Shown here in pieces: positions 10,901-25,900 of a DNA stretch of 64,000 nucleotides (positions are counted from its first letter, which is position 1; every line of letters begins with the position of its first letter). Source of the DNA: the human T2T-CHM13v2.0 reference genome, Homo sapiens. The stretch lies in assembly GCF_009914755.1 (NCBI RefSeq), contig NC_060942.1. One strand, written 5' to 3'. Position numbers and translations under genes: made by a program. Below the pieces are notes generated by a model. It worked only from the letters and a program-made list of their open reading frames with translations, had not been told where the DNA came from and searched no databases.

Positions 10901-13900
10901 GCAAGTGGATATTTGGCTAGTTTTGAGGATTTCGTTGGAAGCGGGAATTCATACAAATTGCAGACTGCAGCGTTCTGAGAAACATCTTTGTGATGTTTGT
11001 ATTCAGGACACAGAGTTGAACATTCCCTATCATAGAGCAGGTTGGAATCACTCCTTTTGTAGTATCTGGAAGTGGACATTTGGAGCGCTTTCAGGCCTAT
11101 TTTGGAAAGGGAAATATCTTCCCGTAACAACTATGCAGAAGCATTCTCAGAAACTTGTTTGTGATGTGTGCCCTCTACTGACAGAGTTGAACCTTTCTTT
11201 TCATAGAGCAGTTTTGAAACACTCTTTTTGTAGAATCTGCAAGAGGATATTTGCATAGCTTTGAGGATTTCGTGGGAAACGGGATTGTCTTCAGGTAAAA
11301 TCTAGACAGAAGCATTCTCAGAAACTTCTTTGGGATGTTTGCATTCAAGTCACAGAGTAGAACATTCCCTTTGGTAGAGCAGGTTTGAAACACTCTTTTT
11401 GTAGTATCTGGAAGTGGACATTTGGAGCGCTTTCAGGCCCATGTTGGAAAGGGAAATATCTTCCCGTAACAACTAGGCAGAAGCATTCTCAGAAACTTAT
11501 TTGAGATGTGTGTACTCAACTAAGAGAATTGAACCACCGTTTTGAAGGAGCAGTTTTGAAACACTCTTTTTCTGGAATCTGCAAGAGTATATTTGCCTAG
11601 CCTTGAGGATTTCGTTGGAAACGGGATTGTCTTCAGAGAAAATCTAGACAGAAGCATTCTCAGAAACTTCTTTGGGATGCTTGCATTCAAGTCACAGAGT
11701 AGAACATTCCCTTTGGTAGAGCAGGTTTGAAACACTCTTTTTGTAGTATCTGGAAGTGGACATTTGGAGCGCTTTCAGGCCTACGTTGGAAAAGGAAATA
11801 TCTTCCCATAACAACTAGACAGAAGCATTCTCAGAAACTAGTTTCTGATGTGTGTCCTCAACTAACACAGTTGAACATTTCTTTAGACAGAACAGTTTTG
11901 AAACACTCTTTTTGTGGAATCTGCAAGTGGCTATTTGGCTAGATTTGAGGATTTCGTTGGAAACGGGATTACATATAAAAAGCAGTCAGCGGCATTCTCA
12001 GAAAGTTCTTTGTGATGATTGCATTCAAGTCACAGAATTGAACATTCCCTTTCACAGAGCAGGTTTGAAACACTCTTTTTGTAGTGTGTGTAAGTGGACA
12101 TTTGGAGCACTTACCGGCCTAAGGTGAAAAAGGAAATATCTTCCCATAAAAACTAGACAGAAGCATTCTCAGAAACTTACTCGTGATGTGTGTCCTCAAC
12201 TAAAGGAGTAGAACCTTTCTTTTCATAGAGAAGTTTTGAAACGCTCTTTTTGTGGAATCTGCAAGTGGATATTTGGCTAGTTTTGAGGATTTCGTTGGAA
12301 GCGGGAATTCATACAAATTGCAGACTGCAGCGTTCTGAGAAACATCTTTGTGATGTTTGTATTCAGGACACAGAGTTGAACATTCCCTATCATAGAGCAG
12401 GTTTGAATCACTCCTTTTGTAGTATCTGGAAGTGGACATTTGGAGCGCTTTCAGGCCTATGTTGGAAAAGGAAATATCTTCCCATAACAACTAGACAGAA
12501 GCATTCTCAGAAACTTATTTGAGATGTGTGTACTCAACTAAGAGAATTGAACCACCGTTTTGAAGGAGCAGTTTTGAAACTCTCTTTTTCTGGAATCTGC
12601 AAGTGGATATTTGGCTAGCTTTGGGGATTTCGCTGGAAGCGGGAATACATATAAAAAGCACACAGCAGCGTTCTGAGAAACTGCTTTCTGATGTTTGCAT
12701 TCAAGTCAAAAGTTGAACACTCCCTTTCATAGAGCAGTCCTGAAACACCCCTTTTGTAGTATCTGGAACTGGACTTTTGGAGCGATTTCAGGGCTAAGGT
12801 GAAAAAGGAAATATCTTCCCATAAAAACTGGACAGAAGCATTCTCAGAAACTTGTTTATGCTGTATCTACTCAACTAACAAAGTTGAACCTTTCTTTTGA
12901 TAGAGCAGTTTTGAAATGGTCTTTTTGTGGAATCTGCAAGTGGATATTTGGCTAGTTTTGAGGATTTCGTTGGAAGCGGGAATTCATACAAATTGCAGAC
13001 TGCAGCGTTCTGAGAAACATCTTTGTGATGTTTGTATTCAGGACACAGAGTTGAACATTCCCTATCATAGAGCAGGTTGGAATCACTCCTTTTGTAGTAT
13101 CTGGAAGTGGACATTTGGAGCGCTTTCAGGCCTATTTTGGAAAGGGAAATATCTTCCCGTAACAACTATGCAGAAGCATTCTCAGAAACTTGTTTGTGAT
13201 GTGTGCCCTCTACTGACAGAGTTGAACCTTTCTTTTCATAGAGCAGTTTTGAAACACTCTTTTTGTAGAATCTGCAAGAGGATATTTGCATAGCTTTGAG
13301 GATTTCGTGGGAAACGGGATTGTCTTCAGGTAAAATCTAGACAGAAGCATTCTCAGAAACTTCTTTGGGATGTTTGCATTCAAGTCACAGAGTAGAACAT
13401 TCCCTTTGGTAGAGCAGGTTTGAAACACTCTTTTTGTAGTATCTGGAAGTGGACATTTGGAGCGCTTTCAGGCCCATGTTGGAAAGGGAAATATCTTCCC
13501 GTAACAACTAGGCAGAAGCATTCTCAGAAACTTATTTGAGATGTGTGTACTCAACTAAGAGAATTGAACCACCGTTTTGAAGGAGCAGTTTTGAAACACT
13601 CTTTTTCTGGAATCTGCAAGAGTATATTTGCCTAGCCTTGAGGATTTCGTTGGAAACGGGATTGTCTTCAGAGAAAATCTAGACAGAAGCATTCTCAGAA
13701 ACTTCTTTGGGATGCTTGCATTCAAGTCACAGAGTAGAACATTCCCTTTGGTAGAGCAGGTTTGAAACACTCTTTTTGTAGTATCTGGAAGTGGACATTT
13801 GGAGCGCTTTCAGGCCTACGTTGGAAAAGGAAATATCTTCCCATAACAACTAGACAGAAGCATTCTCAGAAACTAGTTTCTGATGTGTGTCCTCAACTAA

Positions 13901-16900
13901 CACAGTTGAACATTTCTTTAGACAGAACAGTTTTGAAACACTCTTTTTGTGGAATCTGCAAGTGGCTATTTGGCTAGATTTGAGGATTTCGTTGGAAACG
14001 GGATTACATATAAAAAGCAGTCAGCGGCATTCTCAGAAAGTTCTTTGTGATGATTGCATTCAAGTCACAGAATTGAACATTCCCTTTCACAGAGCAGGTT
14101 TGAAACACTCTTTTTGTAGTGTGTGTAAGTGGACATTTGGAGCACTTACCGGCCTAAGGTGAAAAAGGAAATATCTTCCCATAAAAACTAGACAGAAGCA
14201 TTCTCAGAAACTTACTCGTGATGTGTGTCCTCAACTAAAGGGGTAGAACCTTTCTTTTCATAGAGAAGTTTTGAAACGCTCTTTTTGTGGAATCTGCAAG
14301 TGGATATTTGGCTAGTTTTGAGGATTTCGTTGGAAGCGGGAATTCATACAAATTGCAGACTGCAGCGTTCTGAGAAACATCTTTGTGATGTTTGTATTCA
14401 GGACACAGAGTTGAACATTCCCTATCATAGAGCAGGTTTGAATCACTCCTTTTGTAGTATCTGGAAGTGGACATTTGGAGCGCTTTCAGGCCTATGTTGG
14501 AAAAGGAAATATCTTCCCATAACAACTAGACAGAAGCATTCTCAGAAACTTATTTGAGATGTGTGTACTCAACTAAGAGAATTGAACCACCGTTTTGAAG
14601 GAGCAGTTTTGAAACTCTCTTTTTCTGGAATCTGCAAGTGGATATTTGGCTAGCTTTGGGGATTTCGCTGGAAGCGGGAATACATATAAAAAGCACACAG
14701 CAGCGTTCTGAGAAACTGCTTTCTGATGTTTGCATTCAAGTCAAAAGTTGAACACTCCCTTTCATAGAGCAGTCCTGAAACACCCCTTTTGTAGTATCTG
14801 GAACTGGACTTTTGGAGCGATTTCAGGGCTAAGGTGAAAAAGGAAATATCTTCCCATAAAAACTGGACAGAAGCATTCTCAGAAACTTGTTTATGCTGTA
14901 TCTACTCAACTAACAAAGTTGAACCTTTCTTTTGATAGAGCAGTTTTGAAATGGTCTTTTTGTGGAATCTGCAAGTGGATATTTGGCTAGTTTTGAGGAT
15001 TTCGTTGGAAGCGGGAATTCATACAAATTGCAGACTGCAGCGTTCTGAGAAACATCTTTGTGATGTTTGTATTCAGGACACAGAGTTGAACATTCCCTAT
15101 CATAGAGCAGGTTGGAATCACTCCTTTTGTAGTATCTGGAAGTGGACATTTGGAGCGCTTTCAGGCCTATTTTGGAAAGGGAAATATCTTCCCGTAACAA
15201 CTATGCAGAAGCATTCTCAGAAACTTGTTTGTGATGTGTGCCCTCTACTGACAGAGTTGAACCTTTCTTTTCATAGAGCAGTTTTGAAACACTCTTTTTG
15301 TAGAATCTGCAAGAGGATATTTGCATAGCTTTGAGGATTTCGTGGGAAACGGGATTGTCTTCAGGTAAAATCTAGACAGAAGCATTCTCAGAAACTTCTT
15401 TGGGATGTTTGCATTCAAGTCACAGAGTAGAACATTCCCTTTGGTAGAGCAGGTTTGAAACACTCTTTTTGTAGTATCTGGAAGTGGACATTTGGAGCGC
15501 TTTCAGGCCCATGTTGGAAAGGGAAATATCTTCCCGTAACAACTAGGCAGAAGCATTCTCAGAAACTTATTTGAGATGTGTGTACTCAACTAAGAGAATT
15601 GAACCACCGTTTTGAAGGAGCAGTTTTGAAACACTCTTTTTCTGGAATCTGCAAGAGTATATTTGCCTAGCCTTGAGGATTTCGTTGGAAACGGGATTGT
15701 CTTCAGAGAAAATCTAGACAGAAGCATTCTCAGAAACTTCTTTGGGATGCTTGCATTCAAGTCACAGAGTAGAACATTCCCTTTGGTAGAGCAGGTTTGA
15801 AACACTCTTTTTGTAGTATCTGGAAGTGGACATTTGGAGCGCTTTCAGGCCTACGTTGGAAAAGGAAATATCTTCCCATAACAACTAGACAGAAGCATTC
15901 TCAGAAACTAGTTTCTGATGTGTGTCCTCAACTAACACAGTTGAACATTTCTTTAGACAGAACAGTTTTGAAACACTCTTTTTGTGGAATCTGCAAGTGG
16001 CTATTTGGCTAGATTTGAGGATTTCGTTGGAAACGGGATTACATATAAAAAGCAGTCAGCGGCATTCTCAGAAAGTTCTTTGTGATGATTGCATTCAAGT
16101 CACAGAATTGAACATTCCCTTTCACAGAGCAGGTTTGAAACACTCTTTTTGTAGTGTGTGTAAGTGGACATTTGGAGCACTTACCGGCCTAAGGTGAAAA
16201 AGGAAATATCTTCCCATAAAAACTAGACAGAAGCATTCTCAGAAACTTACTCGTGATGTGTGTCCTCAACTAAAGGGGTAGAACCTTTCTTTTCATAGAG
16301 AAGTTTTGAAACGCTCTTTTTGTGGAATCTGCAAGTGGATATTTGGCTAGTTTTGAGGATTTCGTTGGAAGCGGGAATTCATACAAATTGCAGACTGCAG
16401 CGTTCTGAGAAACATCTTTGTGATGTTTGTATTCAGGACACAGAGTTGAACATTCCCTATCATAGAGCAGGTTTGAATCACTCCTTTTGTAGTATCTGGA
16501 AGTGGACATTTGGAGCGCTTTCAGGCCTATGTTGGAAAAGGAAATATCTTCCCATAACAACTAGACAGAAGCATTCTCAGAAACTTATTTGAGATGTGTG
16601 TACTCAACTAAGAGAATTGAACCACCGTTTTGAAGGAGCAGTTTTGAAACTCTCTTTTTCTGGAATCTGCAAGTGGATATTTGGCTAGCTTTGGGGATTT
16701 CGCTGGAAGCGGGAATACATATAAAAAGCACACAGCAGCGTTCTGAGAAACTGCTTTCTGATGTTTGCATTCAAGTCAAAAGTTGAACACTCCCTTTCAT
16801 AGAGCAGTCCTGAAACACCCCTTTTGTAGTATCTGGAACTGGACTTTTGGAGCGATTTCAGGGCTAAGGTGAAAAAGGAAATATCTTCCCATAAAAACTG

Positions 16901-19900
16901 GACAGAAGCATTCTCAGAAACTTGTTTATGCTGTATCTACTCAACTAACAAAGTTGAACCTTTCTTTTGATAGAGCAGTTTTGAAATGGTCTTTTTGTGG
17001 AATCTGCAAGTGGATATTTGGCTAGTTTTGAGGATTTCGTTGGAAGCGGGAATTCATACAAATTGCAGACTGCAGCGTTCTGAGAAACATCTTTGTGATG
17101 TTTGTATTCAGGACACAGAGTTGAACATTCCCTATCATAGAGCAGGTTGGAATCACTCCTTTTGTAGTATCTGGAAGTGGACATTTGGAGCGCTTTCAGG
17201 CCTATTTTGGAAAGGGAAATATCTTCCCGTAACAACTATGCAGAAGCATTCTCAGAAACTTGTTTGTGATGTGTGCCCTCTACTGACAGAGTTGAACCTT
17301 TCTTTTCATAGAGCAGTTTTGAAACACTCTTTTTGTAGAATCTGCAAGAGGATATTTGCATAGCTTTGAGGATTTCGTGGGAAACGGGATTGTCTTCAGG
17401 TAAAATCTAGACAGAAGCATTCTCAGAAACTTCTTTGGGATGTTTGCATTCAAGTCACAGAGTAGAACATTCCCTTTGGTAGAGCAGGTTTGAAACACTC
17501 TTTTTGTAGTATCTGGAAGTGGACATTTGGAGCGCTTTCAGGCCCATGTTGGAAAGGGAAATATCTTCCCGTAACAACTAGGCAGAAGCATTCTCAGAAA
17601 CTTATTTGAGATGTGTGTACTCAACTAAGAGAATTGAACCACCGTTTTGAAGGAGCAGTTTTGAAACACTCTTTTTCTGGAATCTGCAAGAGTATATTTG
17701 CCTAGCCTTGAGGATTTCGTTGGAAACGGGATTGTCTTCAGAGAAAATCTAGACAGAAGCATTCTCAGAAACTTCTTTGGGATGCTTGCATTCAAGTCAC
17801 AGAGTAGAACATTCCCTTTGGTAGAGCAGGTTTGAAACACTCTTTTTGTAGTATCTGGAAGTGGACATTTGGAGCGCTTTCAGGCCTACGTTGGAAAAGG
17901 AAATATCTTCCCATAACAACTAGACAGAAGCATTCTCAGAAACTAGTTTCTGATGTGTGTCCTCAACTAACACAGTTGAACATTTCTTTAGACAGAACAG
18001 TTTTGAAACACTCTTTTTGTGGAATCTGCAAGTGGCTATTTGGCTAGATTTGAGGATTTCGTTGGAAACGGGATTACATATAAAAAGCAGTCAGCGGCAT
18101 TCTCAGAAAGTTCTTTGTGATGATTGCATTCAAGTCACAGAATTGAACATTCCCTTTCACAGAGCAGGTTTGAAACACTCTTTTTGTAGTGTGTGTAAGT
18201 GGACATTTGGAGCACTTACCGGCCTAAGGTGAAAAAGGAAATATCTTCCCATAAAAACTAGACAGAAGCATTCTCAGAAACTTACTCGTGATGTGTGTCC
18301 TCAACTAAAGGGGTAGAACCTTTCTTTTCATAGAGAAGTTTTGAAACGCTCTTTTTGTGGAATCTGCAAGTGGATATTTGGCTAGTTTTGAGGATTTCGT
18401 TGGAAGCGGGAATTCATACAAATTGCAGACTGCAGCGTTCTGAGAAACATCTTTGTGATGTTTGTATTCAGGACACAGAGTTGAACATTCCCTATCATAG
18501 AGCAGGTTTGAATCACTCCTTTTGTAGTATCTGGAAGTGGACATTTGGAGCGCTTTCAGGCCTATGTTGGAAAAGGAAATATCTTCCCATAACAACTAGA
18601 CAGAAGCATTCTCAGAAACTTATTTGAGATGTGTGTACTCAACTAAGAGAATTGAACCACCGTTTTGAAGGAGCAGTTTTGAAACTCTCTTTTTCTGGAA
18701 TCTGCAAGTGGATATTTGGCTAGCTTTGGGGATTTCGCTGGAAGCGGGAATACATATAAAAAGCACACAGCAGCGTTCTGAGAAACTGCTTTCTGATGTT
18801 TGCATTCAAGTCAAAAGTTGAACACTCCCTTTCATAGAGCAGTCCTGAAACACCCCTTTTGTAGTATCTGGAACTGGACTTTTGGAGCGATTTCAGGGCT
18901 AAGGTGAAAAAGGAAATATCTTCCCATAAAAACTGGACAGAAGCATTCTCAGAAACTTGTTTATGCTGTATCTACTCAACTAACAAAGTTGAACCTTTCT
19001 TTTGATAGAGCAGTTTTGAAATGGTCTTTTTGTGGAATCTGCAAGTGGATATTTGGCTAGTTTTGAGGATTTCGTTGGAAGCGGGAATTCATACAAATTG
19101 CAGACTGCAGCGTTCTGAGAAACATCTTTGTGATGTTTGTATTCAGGACACAGAGTTGAACATTCCCTATCATAGAGCAGGTTGGAATCACTCCTTTTGT
19201 AGTATCTGGAAGTGGACATTTGGAGCGCTTTCAGGCCTATTTTGGAAAGGGAAATATCTTCCCGTAACAACTATGCAGAAGCATTCTCAGAAACTTGTTT
19301 GTGATGTGTGCCCTCTACTGACAGAGTTGAACCTTTCTTTTCATAGAGCAGTTTTGAAACACTCTTTTTGTAGAATCTGCAAGAGGATATTTGCATAGCT
19401 TTGAGGATTTCGTGGGAAACGGGATTGTCTTCAGGTAAAATCTAGACAGAAGCATTCTCAGAAACTTCTTTGGGATGTTTGCATTCAAGTCACAGAGTAG
19501 AACATTCCCTTTGGTAGAGCAGGTTTGAAACACTCTTTTTGTAGTATCTGGAAGTGGACATTTGGAGCGCTTTCAGGCCCATGTTGGAAAGGGAAATATC
19601 TTCCCGTAACAACTAGGCAGAAGCATTCTCAGAAACTTATTTGAGATGTGTGTACTCAACTAAGAGAATTGAACCACCGTTTTGAAGGAGCAGTTTTGAA
19701 ACACTCTTTTTCTGGAATCTGCAAGAGTATATTTGCCTAGCCTTGAGGATTTCGTTGGAAACGGGATTGTCTTCAGAGAAAATCTAGACAGAAGCATTCT
19801 CAGAAACTTCTTTGGGATGCTTGCATTCAAGTCACAGAGTAGAACATTCCCTTTGGTAGAGCAGGTTTGAAACACTCTTTTTGTAGTATCTGGAAGTGGA

Positions 19901-22900
19901 CATTTGGAGCGCTTTCAGGCCTACGTTGGAAAAGGAAATATCTTCCCATAACAACTAGACAGAAGCATTCTCAGAAACTAGTTTCTGATGTGTGTCCTCA
20001 ACTAACACAGTTGAACATTTCTTTAGACAGAACAGTTTTGAAACACTCTTTTTGTGGAATCTGCAAGTGGCTATTTGGCTAGATTTGAGGATTTCGTTGG
20101 AAACGGGATTACATATAAAAAGCAGTCAGCGGCATTCTCAGAAAGTTCTTTGTGATGATTGCATTCAAGTCACAGAATTGAACATTCCCTTTCACAGAGC
20201 AGGTTTGAAACACTCTTTTTGTAGTGTGTGTAAGTGGACATTTGGAGCACTTACCGGCCTAAGGTGAAAAAGGAAATATCTTCCCATAAAAACTAGACAG
20301 AAGCATTCTCAGAAACTTACTCGTGATGTGTGTCCTCAACTAAAGGGGTAGAACCTTTCTTTTCATAGAGAAGTTTTGAAACGCTCTTTTTGTGGAATCT
20401 GCAAGTGGATATTTGGCTAGTTTTGAGGATTTCGTTGGAAGCGGGAATTCATACAAATTGCAGACTGCAGCGTTCTGAGAAACATCTTTGTGATGTTTGT
20501 ATTCAGGACACAGAGTTGAACATTCCCTATCATAGAGCAGGTTTGAATCACTCCTTTTGTAGTATCTGGAAGTGGACATTTGGAGCGCTTTCAGGCCTAT
20601 GTTGGAAAAGGAAATATCTTCCCATAACAACTAGACAGAAGCATTCTCAGAAACTTATTTGAGATGTGTGTACTCAACTAAGAGAATTGAACCACCGTTT
20701 TGAAGGAGCAGTTTTGAAACTCTCTTTTTCTGGAATCTGCAAGTGGATATTTGGCTAGCTTTGGGGATTTCGCTGGAAGCGGGAATACATATAAAAAGCA
20801 CACAGCAGCGTTCTGAGAAACTGCTTTCTGATGTTTGCATTCAAGTCAAAAGTTGAACACTCCCTTTCATAGAGCAGTCCTGAAACACCCCTTTTGTAGT
20901 ATCTGGAACTGGACTTTTGGAGCGATTTCAGGGCTAAGGTGAAAAAGGAAATATCTTCCCATAAAAACTGGACAGAAGCATTCTCAGAAACTTGTTTATG
21001 CTGTATCTACTCAACTAACAAAGTTGAACCTTTCTTTTGATAGAGCAGTTTTGAAATGGTCTTTTTGTGGAATCTGCAAGTGGATATTTGGCTAGTTTTG
21101 AGGATTTCGTTGGAAGCGGGAATTCATACAAATTGCAGACTGCAGCGTTCTGAGAAACATCTTTGTGATGTTTGTATTCAGGACACAGAGTTGAACATTC
21201 CCTATCATAGAGCAGGTTGGAATCACTCCTTTTGTAGTATCTGGAAGTGGACATTTGGAGCGCTTTCAGGCCTATTTTGGAAAGGGAAATATCTTCCCGT
21301 AACAACTATGCAGAAGCATTCTCAGAAACTTGTTTGTGATGTGTGCCCTCTACTGACAGAGTTGAACCTTTCTTTTCATAGAGCAGTTTTGAAACACTCT
21401 TTTTGTAGAATCTGCAAGAGGATATTTGCATAGCTTTGAGGATTTCGTGGGAAACGGGATTGTCTTCAGGTAAAATCTAGACAGAAGCATTCTCAGAAAC
21501 TTCTTTGGGATGTTTGCATTCAAGTCACAGAGTAGAACATTCCCTTTGGTAGAGCAGGTTTGAAACACTCTTTTTGTAGTATCTGGAAGTGGACATTTGG
21601 AGCGCTTTCAGGCCCATGTTGGAAAGGGAAATATCTTCCCGTAACAACTAGGCAGAAGCATTCTCAGAAACTTATTTGAGATGTGTGTACTCAACTAAGA
21701 GAATTGAACCACCGTTTTGAAGGAGCAGTTTTGAAACACTCTTTTTCTGGAATCTGCAAGAGTATATTTGCCTAGCCTTGAGGATTTCGTTGGAAACGGG
21801 ATTGTCTTCAGAGAAAATCTAGACAGAAGCATTCTCAGAAACTTCTTTGGGATGCTTGCATTCAAGTCACAGAGTAGAACATTCCCTTTGGTAGAGCAGG
21901 TTTGAAACACTCTTTTTGTAGTATCTGGAAGTGGACATTTGGAGCGCTTTCAGGCCTACGTTGGAAAAGGAAATATCTTCCCATAACAACTAGACAGAAG
22001 CATTCTCAGAAACTAGTTTCTGATGTGTGTCCTCAACTAACACAGTTGAACATTTCTTTAGACAGAACAGTTTTGAAACACTCTTTTTGTGGAATCTGCA
22101 AGTGGCTATTTGGCTAGATTTGAGGATTTCGTTGGAAACGGGATTACATATAAAAAGCAGTCAGCGGCATTCTCAGAAAGTTCTTTGTGATGATTGCATT
22201 CAAGTCACAGAATTGAACATTCCCTTTCACAGAGCAGGTTTGAAACACTCTTTTTGTAGTGTGTGTAAGTGGACATTTGGAGCACTTACCGGCCTAAGGT
22301 GAAAAAGGAAATATCTTCCCATAAAAACTAGACAGAAGCATTCTCAGAAACTTACTCGTGATGTGTGTCCTCAACTAAAGGAGTAGAACCTTTCTTTTCA
22401 TAGAGAAGTTTTGAAACGCTCTTTTTGTGGAATCTGCAAGTGGATATTTGGCTAGTTTTGAGGATTTCGTTGGAAGCGGGAATTCATACAAATTGCAGAC
22501 TGCAGCGTTCTGAGAAACATCTTTGTGATGTTTGTATTCAGGACACAGAGTTGAACATTCCCTATCATAGAGCAGGTTTGAATCACTCCTTTTGTAGTAT
22601 CTGGAAGTGGACATTTGGAGCGCTTTCAGGCCTATGTTGGAAAAGGAAATATCTTCCCATAACAACTAGACAGAAGCATTCTCAGAAACTTATTTGAGAT
22701 GTGTGTACTCAACTAAGAGAATTGAACCACCGTTTTGAAGGAGCAGTTTTGAAACTCTCTTTTTCTGGAATCTGCAAGTGGATATTTGGCTAGCTTTGGG
22801 GATTTCGCTGGAAGCGGGAATACATATAAAAAGCACACAGCAGCGTTCTGAGAAACTGCTTTCTGATGTTTGCATTCAAGTCAAAAGTTGAACACTCCCT

Positions 22901-25900
22901 TTCATAGAGCAGTCCTGAAACACCCCTTTTGTAGTATCTGGAACTGGACTTTTGGAGCGATTTCAGGGCTAAGGTGAAAAAGGAAATATCTTCCCATAAA
23001 AACTGGACAGAAGCATTCTCAGAAACTTGTTTATGCTGTATCTACTCAACTAACAAAGTTGAACCTTTCTTTTGATAGAGCAGTTTTGAAATGGTCTTTT
23101 TGTGGAATCTGCAAGTGGATATTTGGCTAGTTTTGAGGATTTCGTTGGAAGCGGGAATTCATACAAATTGCAGACTGCAGCGTTCTGAGAAACATCTTTG
23201 TGATGTTTGTATTCAGGACACAGAGTTGAACATTCCCTATCATAGAGCAGGTTGGAATCACTCCTTTTGTAGTATCTGGAAGTGGACATTTGGAGCGCTT
23301 TCAGGCCTATTTTGGAAAGGGAAATATCTTCCCGTAACAACTATGCAGAAGCATTCTCAGAAACTTGTTTGTGATGTGTGCCCTCTACTGACAGAGTTGA
23401 ACCTTTCTTTTCATAGAGCAGTTTTGAAACACTCTTTTTGTAGAATCTGCAAGAGGATATTTGCATAGCTTTGAGGATTTCGTGGGAAACGGGATTGTCT
23501 TCAGGTAAAATCTAGACAGAAGCATTCTCAGAAACTTCTTTGGGATGTTTGCATTCAAGTCACAGAGTAGAACATTCCCTTTGGTAGAGCAGGTTTGAAA
23601 CACTCTTTTTGTAGTATCTGGAAGTGGACATTTGGAGCGCTTTCAGGCCCATGTTGGAAAGGGAAATATCTTCCCGTAACAACTAGGCAGAAGCATTCTC
23701 AGAAACTTATTTGAGATGTGTGTACTCAACTAAGAGAATTGAACCACCGTTTTGAAGGAGCAGTTTTGAAACACTCTTTTTCTGGAATCTGCAAGAGTAT
23801 ATTTGCCTAGCCTTGAGGATTTCGTTGGAAACGGGATTGTCTTCAGAGAAAATCTAGACAGAAGCATTCTCAGAAACTTCTTTGGGATGCTTGCATTCAA
23901 GTCACAGAGTAGAACATTCCCTTTGGTAGAGCAGGTTTGAAACACTCTTTTTGTAGTATCTGGAAGTGGACATTTGGAGCGCTTTCAGGCCTACGTTGGA
24001 AAAGGAAATATCTTCCCATAACAACTAGACAGAAGCATTCTCAGAAACTAGTTTCTGATGTGTGTCCTCAACTAACACAGTTGAACATTTCTTTAGACAG
24101 AACAGTTTTGAAACACTCTTTTTGTGGAATCTGCAAGTGGCTATTTGGCTAGATTTGAGGATTTCGTTGGAAACGGGATTACATATAAAAAGCAGTCAGC
24201 GGCATTCTCAGAAAGTTCTTTGTGATGATTGCATTCAAGTCACAGAATTGAACATTCCCTTTCACAGAGCAGGTTTGAAACACTCTTTTTGTAGTGTGTG
24301 TAAGTGGACATTTGGAGCACTTACCGGCCTAAGGTGAAAAAGGAAATATCTTCCCATAAAAACTAGACAGAAGCATTCTCAGAAACTTACTCGTGATGTG
24401 TGTCCTCAACTAAAGGGGTAGAACCTTTCTTTTCATAGAGAAGTTTTGAAACGCTCTTTTTGTGGAATCTGCAAGTGGATATTTGGCTAGTTTTGAGGAT
24501 TTCGTTGGAAGCGGGAATTCATACAAATTGCAGACTGCAGCGTTCTGAGAAACATCTTTGTGATGTTTGTATTCAGGACACAGAGTTGAACATTCCCTAT
24601 CATAGAGCAGGTTTGAATCACTCCTTTTGTAGTATCTGGAAGTGGACATTTGGAGCGCTTTCAGGCCTATGTTGGAAAAGGAAATATCTTCCCATAACAA
24701 CTAGACAGAAGCATTCTCAGAAACTTATTTGAGATGTGTGTACTCAACTAAGAGAATTGAACCACCGTTTTGAAGGAGCAGTTTTGAAACTCTCTTTTTC
24801 TGGAATCTGCAAGTGGATATTTGGCTAGCTTTGGGGATTTCGCTGGAAGCGGGAATACATATAAAAAGCACACAGCAGCGTTCTGAGAAACTGCTTTCTG
24901 ATGTTTGCATTCAAGTCAAAAGTTGAACACTCCCTTTCATAGAGCAGTCCTGAAACACCCCTTTTGTAGTATCTGGAACTGGACTTTTGGAGCGATTTCA
25001 GGGCTAAGGTGAAAAAGGAAATATCTTCCCATAAAAACTGGACAGAAGCATTCTCAGAAACTTGTTTATGCTGTATCTACTCAACTAACAAAGTTGAACC
25101 TTTCTTTTGATAGAGCAGTTTTGAAATGGTCTTTTTGTGGAATCTGCAAGTGGATATTTGGCTAGTTTTGAGGATTTCGTTGGAAGCGGGAATTCATACA
25201 AATTGCAGACTGCAGCGTTCTGAGAAACATCTTTGTGATGTTTGTATTCAGGACACAGAGTTGAACATTCCCTATCATAGAGCAGGTTGGAATCACTCCT
25301 TTTGTAGTATCTGGAAGTGGACATTTGGAGCGCTTTCAGGCCTATTTTGGAAAGGGAAATATCTTCCCGTAACAACTATGCAGAAGCATTCTCAGAAACT
25401 TGTTTGTGATGTGTGCCCTCTACTGACAGAGTTGAACCTTTCTTTTCATAGAGCAGTTTTGAAACACTCTTTTTGTAGAATCTGCAAGAGGATATTTGCA
25501 TAGCTTTGAGGATTTCGTGGGAAACGGGATTGTCTTCAGGTAAAATCTAGACAGAAGCATTCTCAGAAACTTCTTTGGGATGTTTGCATTCAAGTCACAG
25601 AGTAGAACATTCCCTTTGGTAGAGCAGGTTTGAAACACTCTTTTTGTAGTATCTGGAAGTGGACATTTGGAGCGCTTTCAGGCCCATGTTGGAAAGGGAA
25701 ATATCTTCCCGTAACAACTAGGCAGAAGCATTCTCAGAAACTTATTTGAGATGTGTGTACTCAACTAAGAGAATTGAACCACCGTTTTGAAGGAGCAGTT
25801 TTGAAACACTCTTTTTCTGGAATCTGCAAGAGTATATTTGCCTAGCCTTGAGGATTTCGTTGGAAACGGGATTGTCTTCAGAGAAAATCTAGACAGAAGC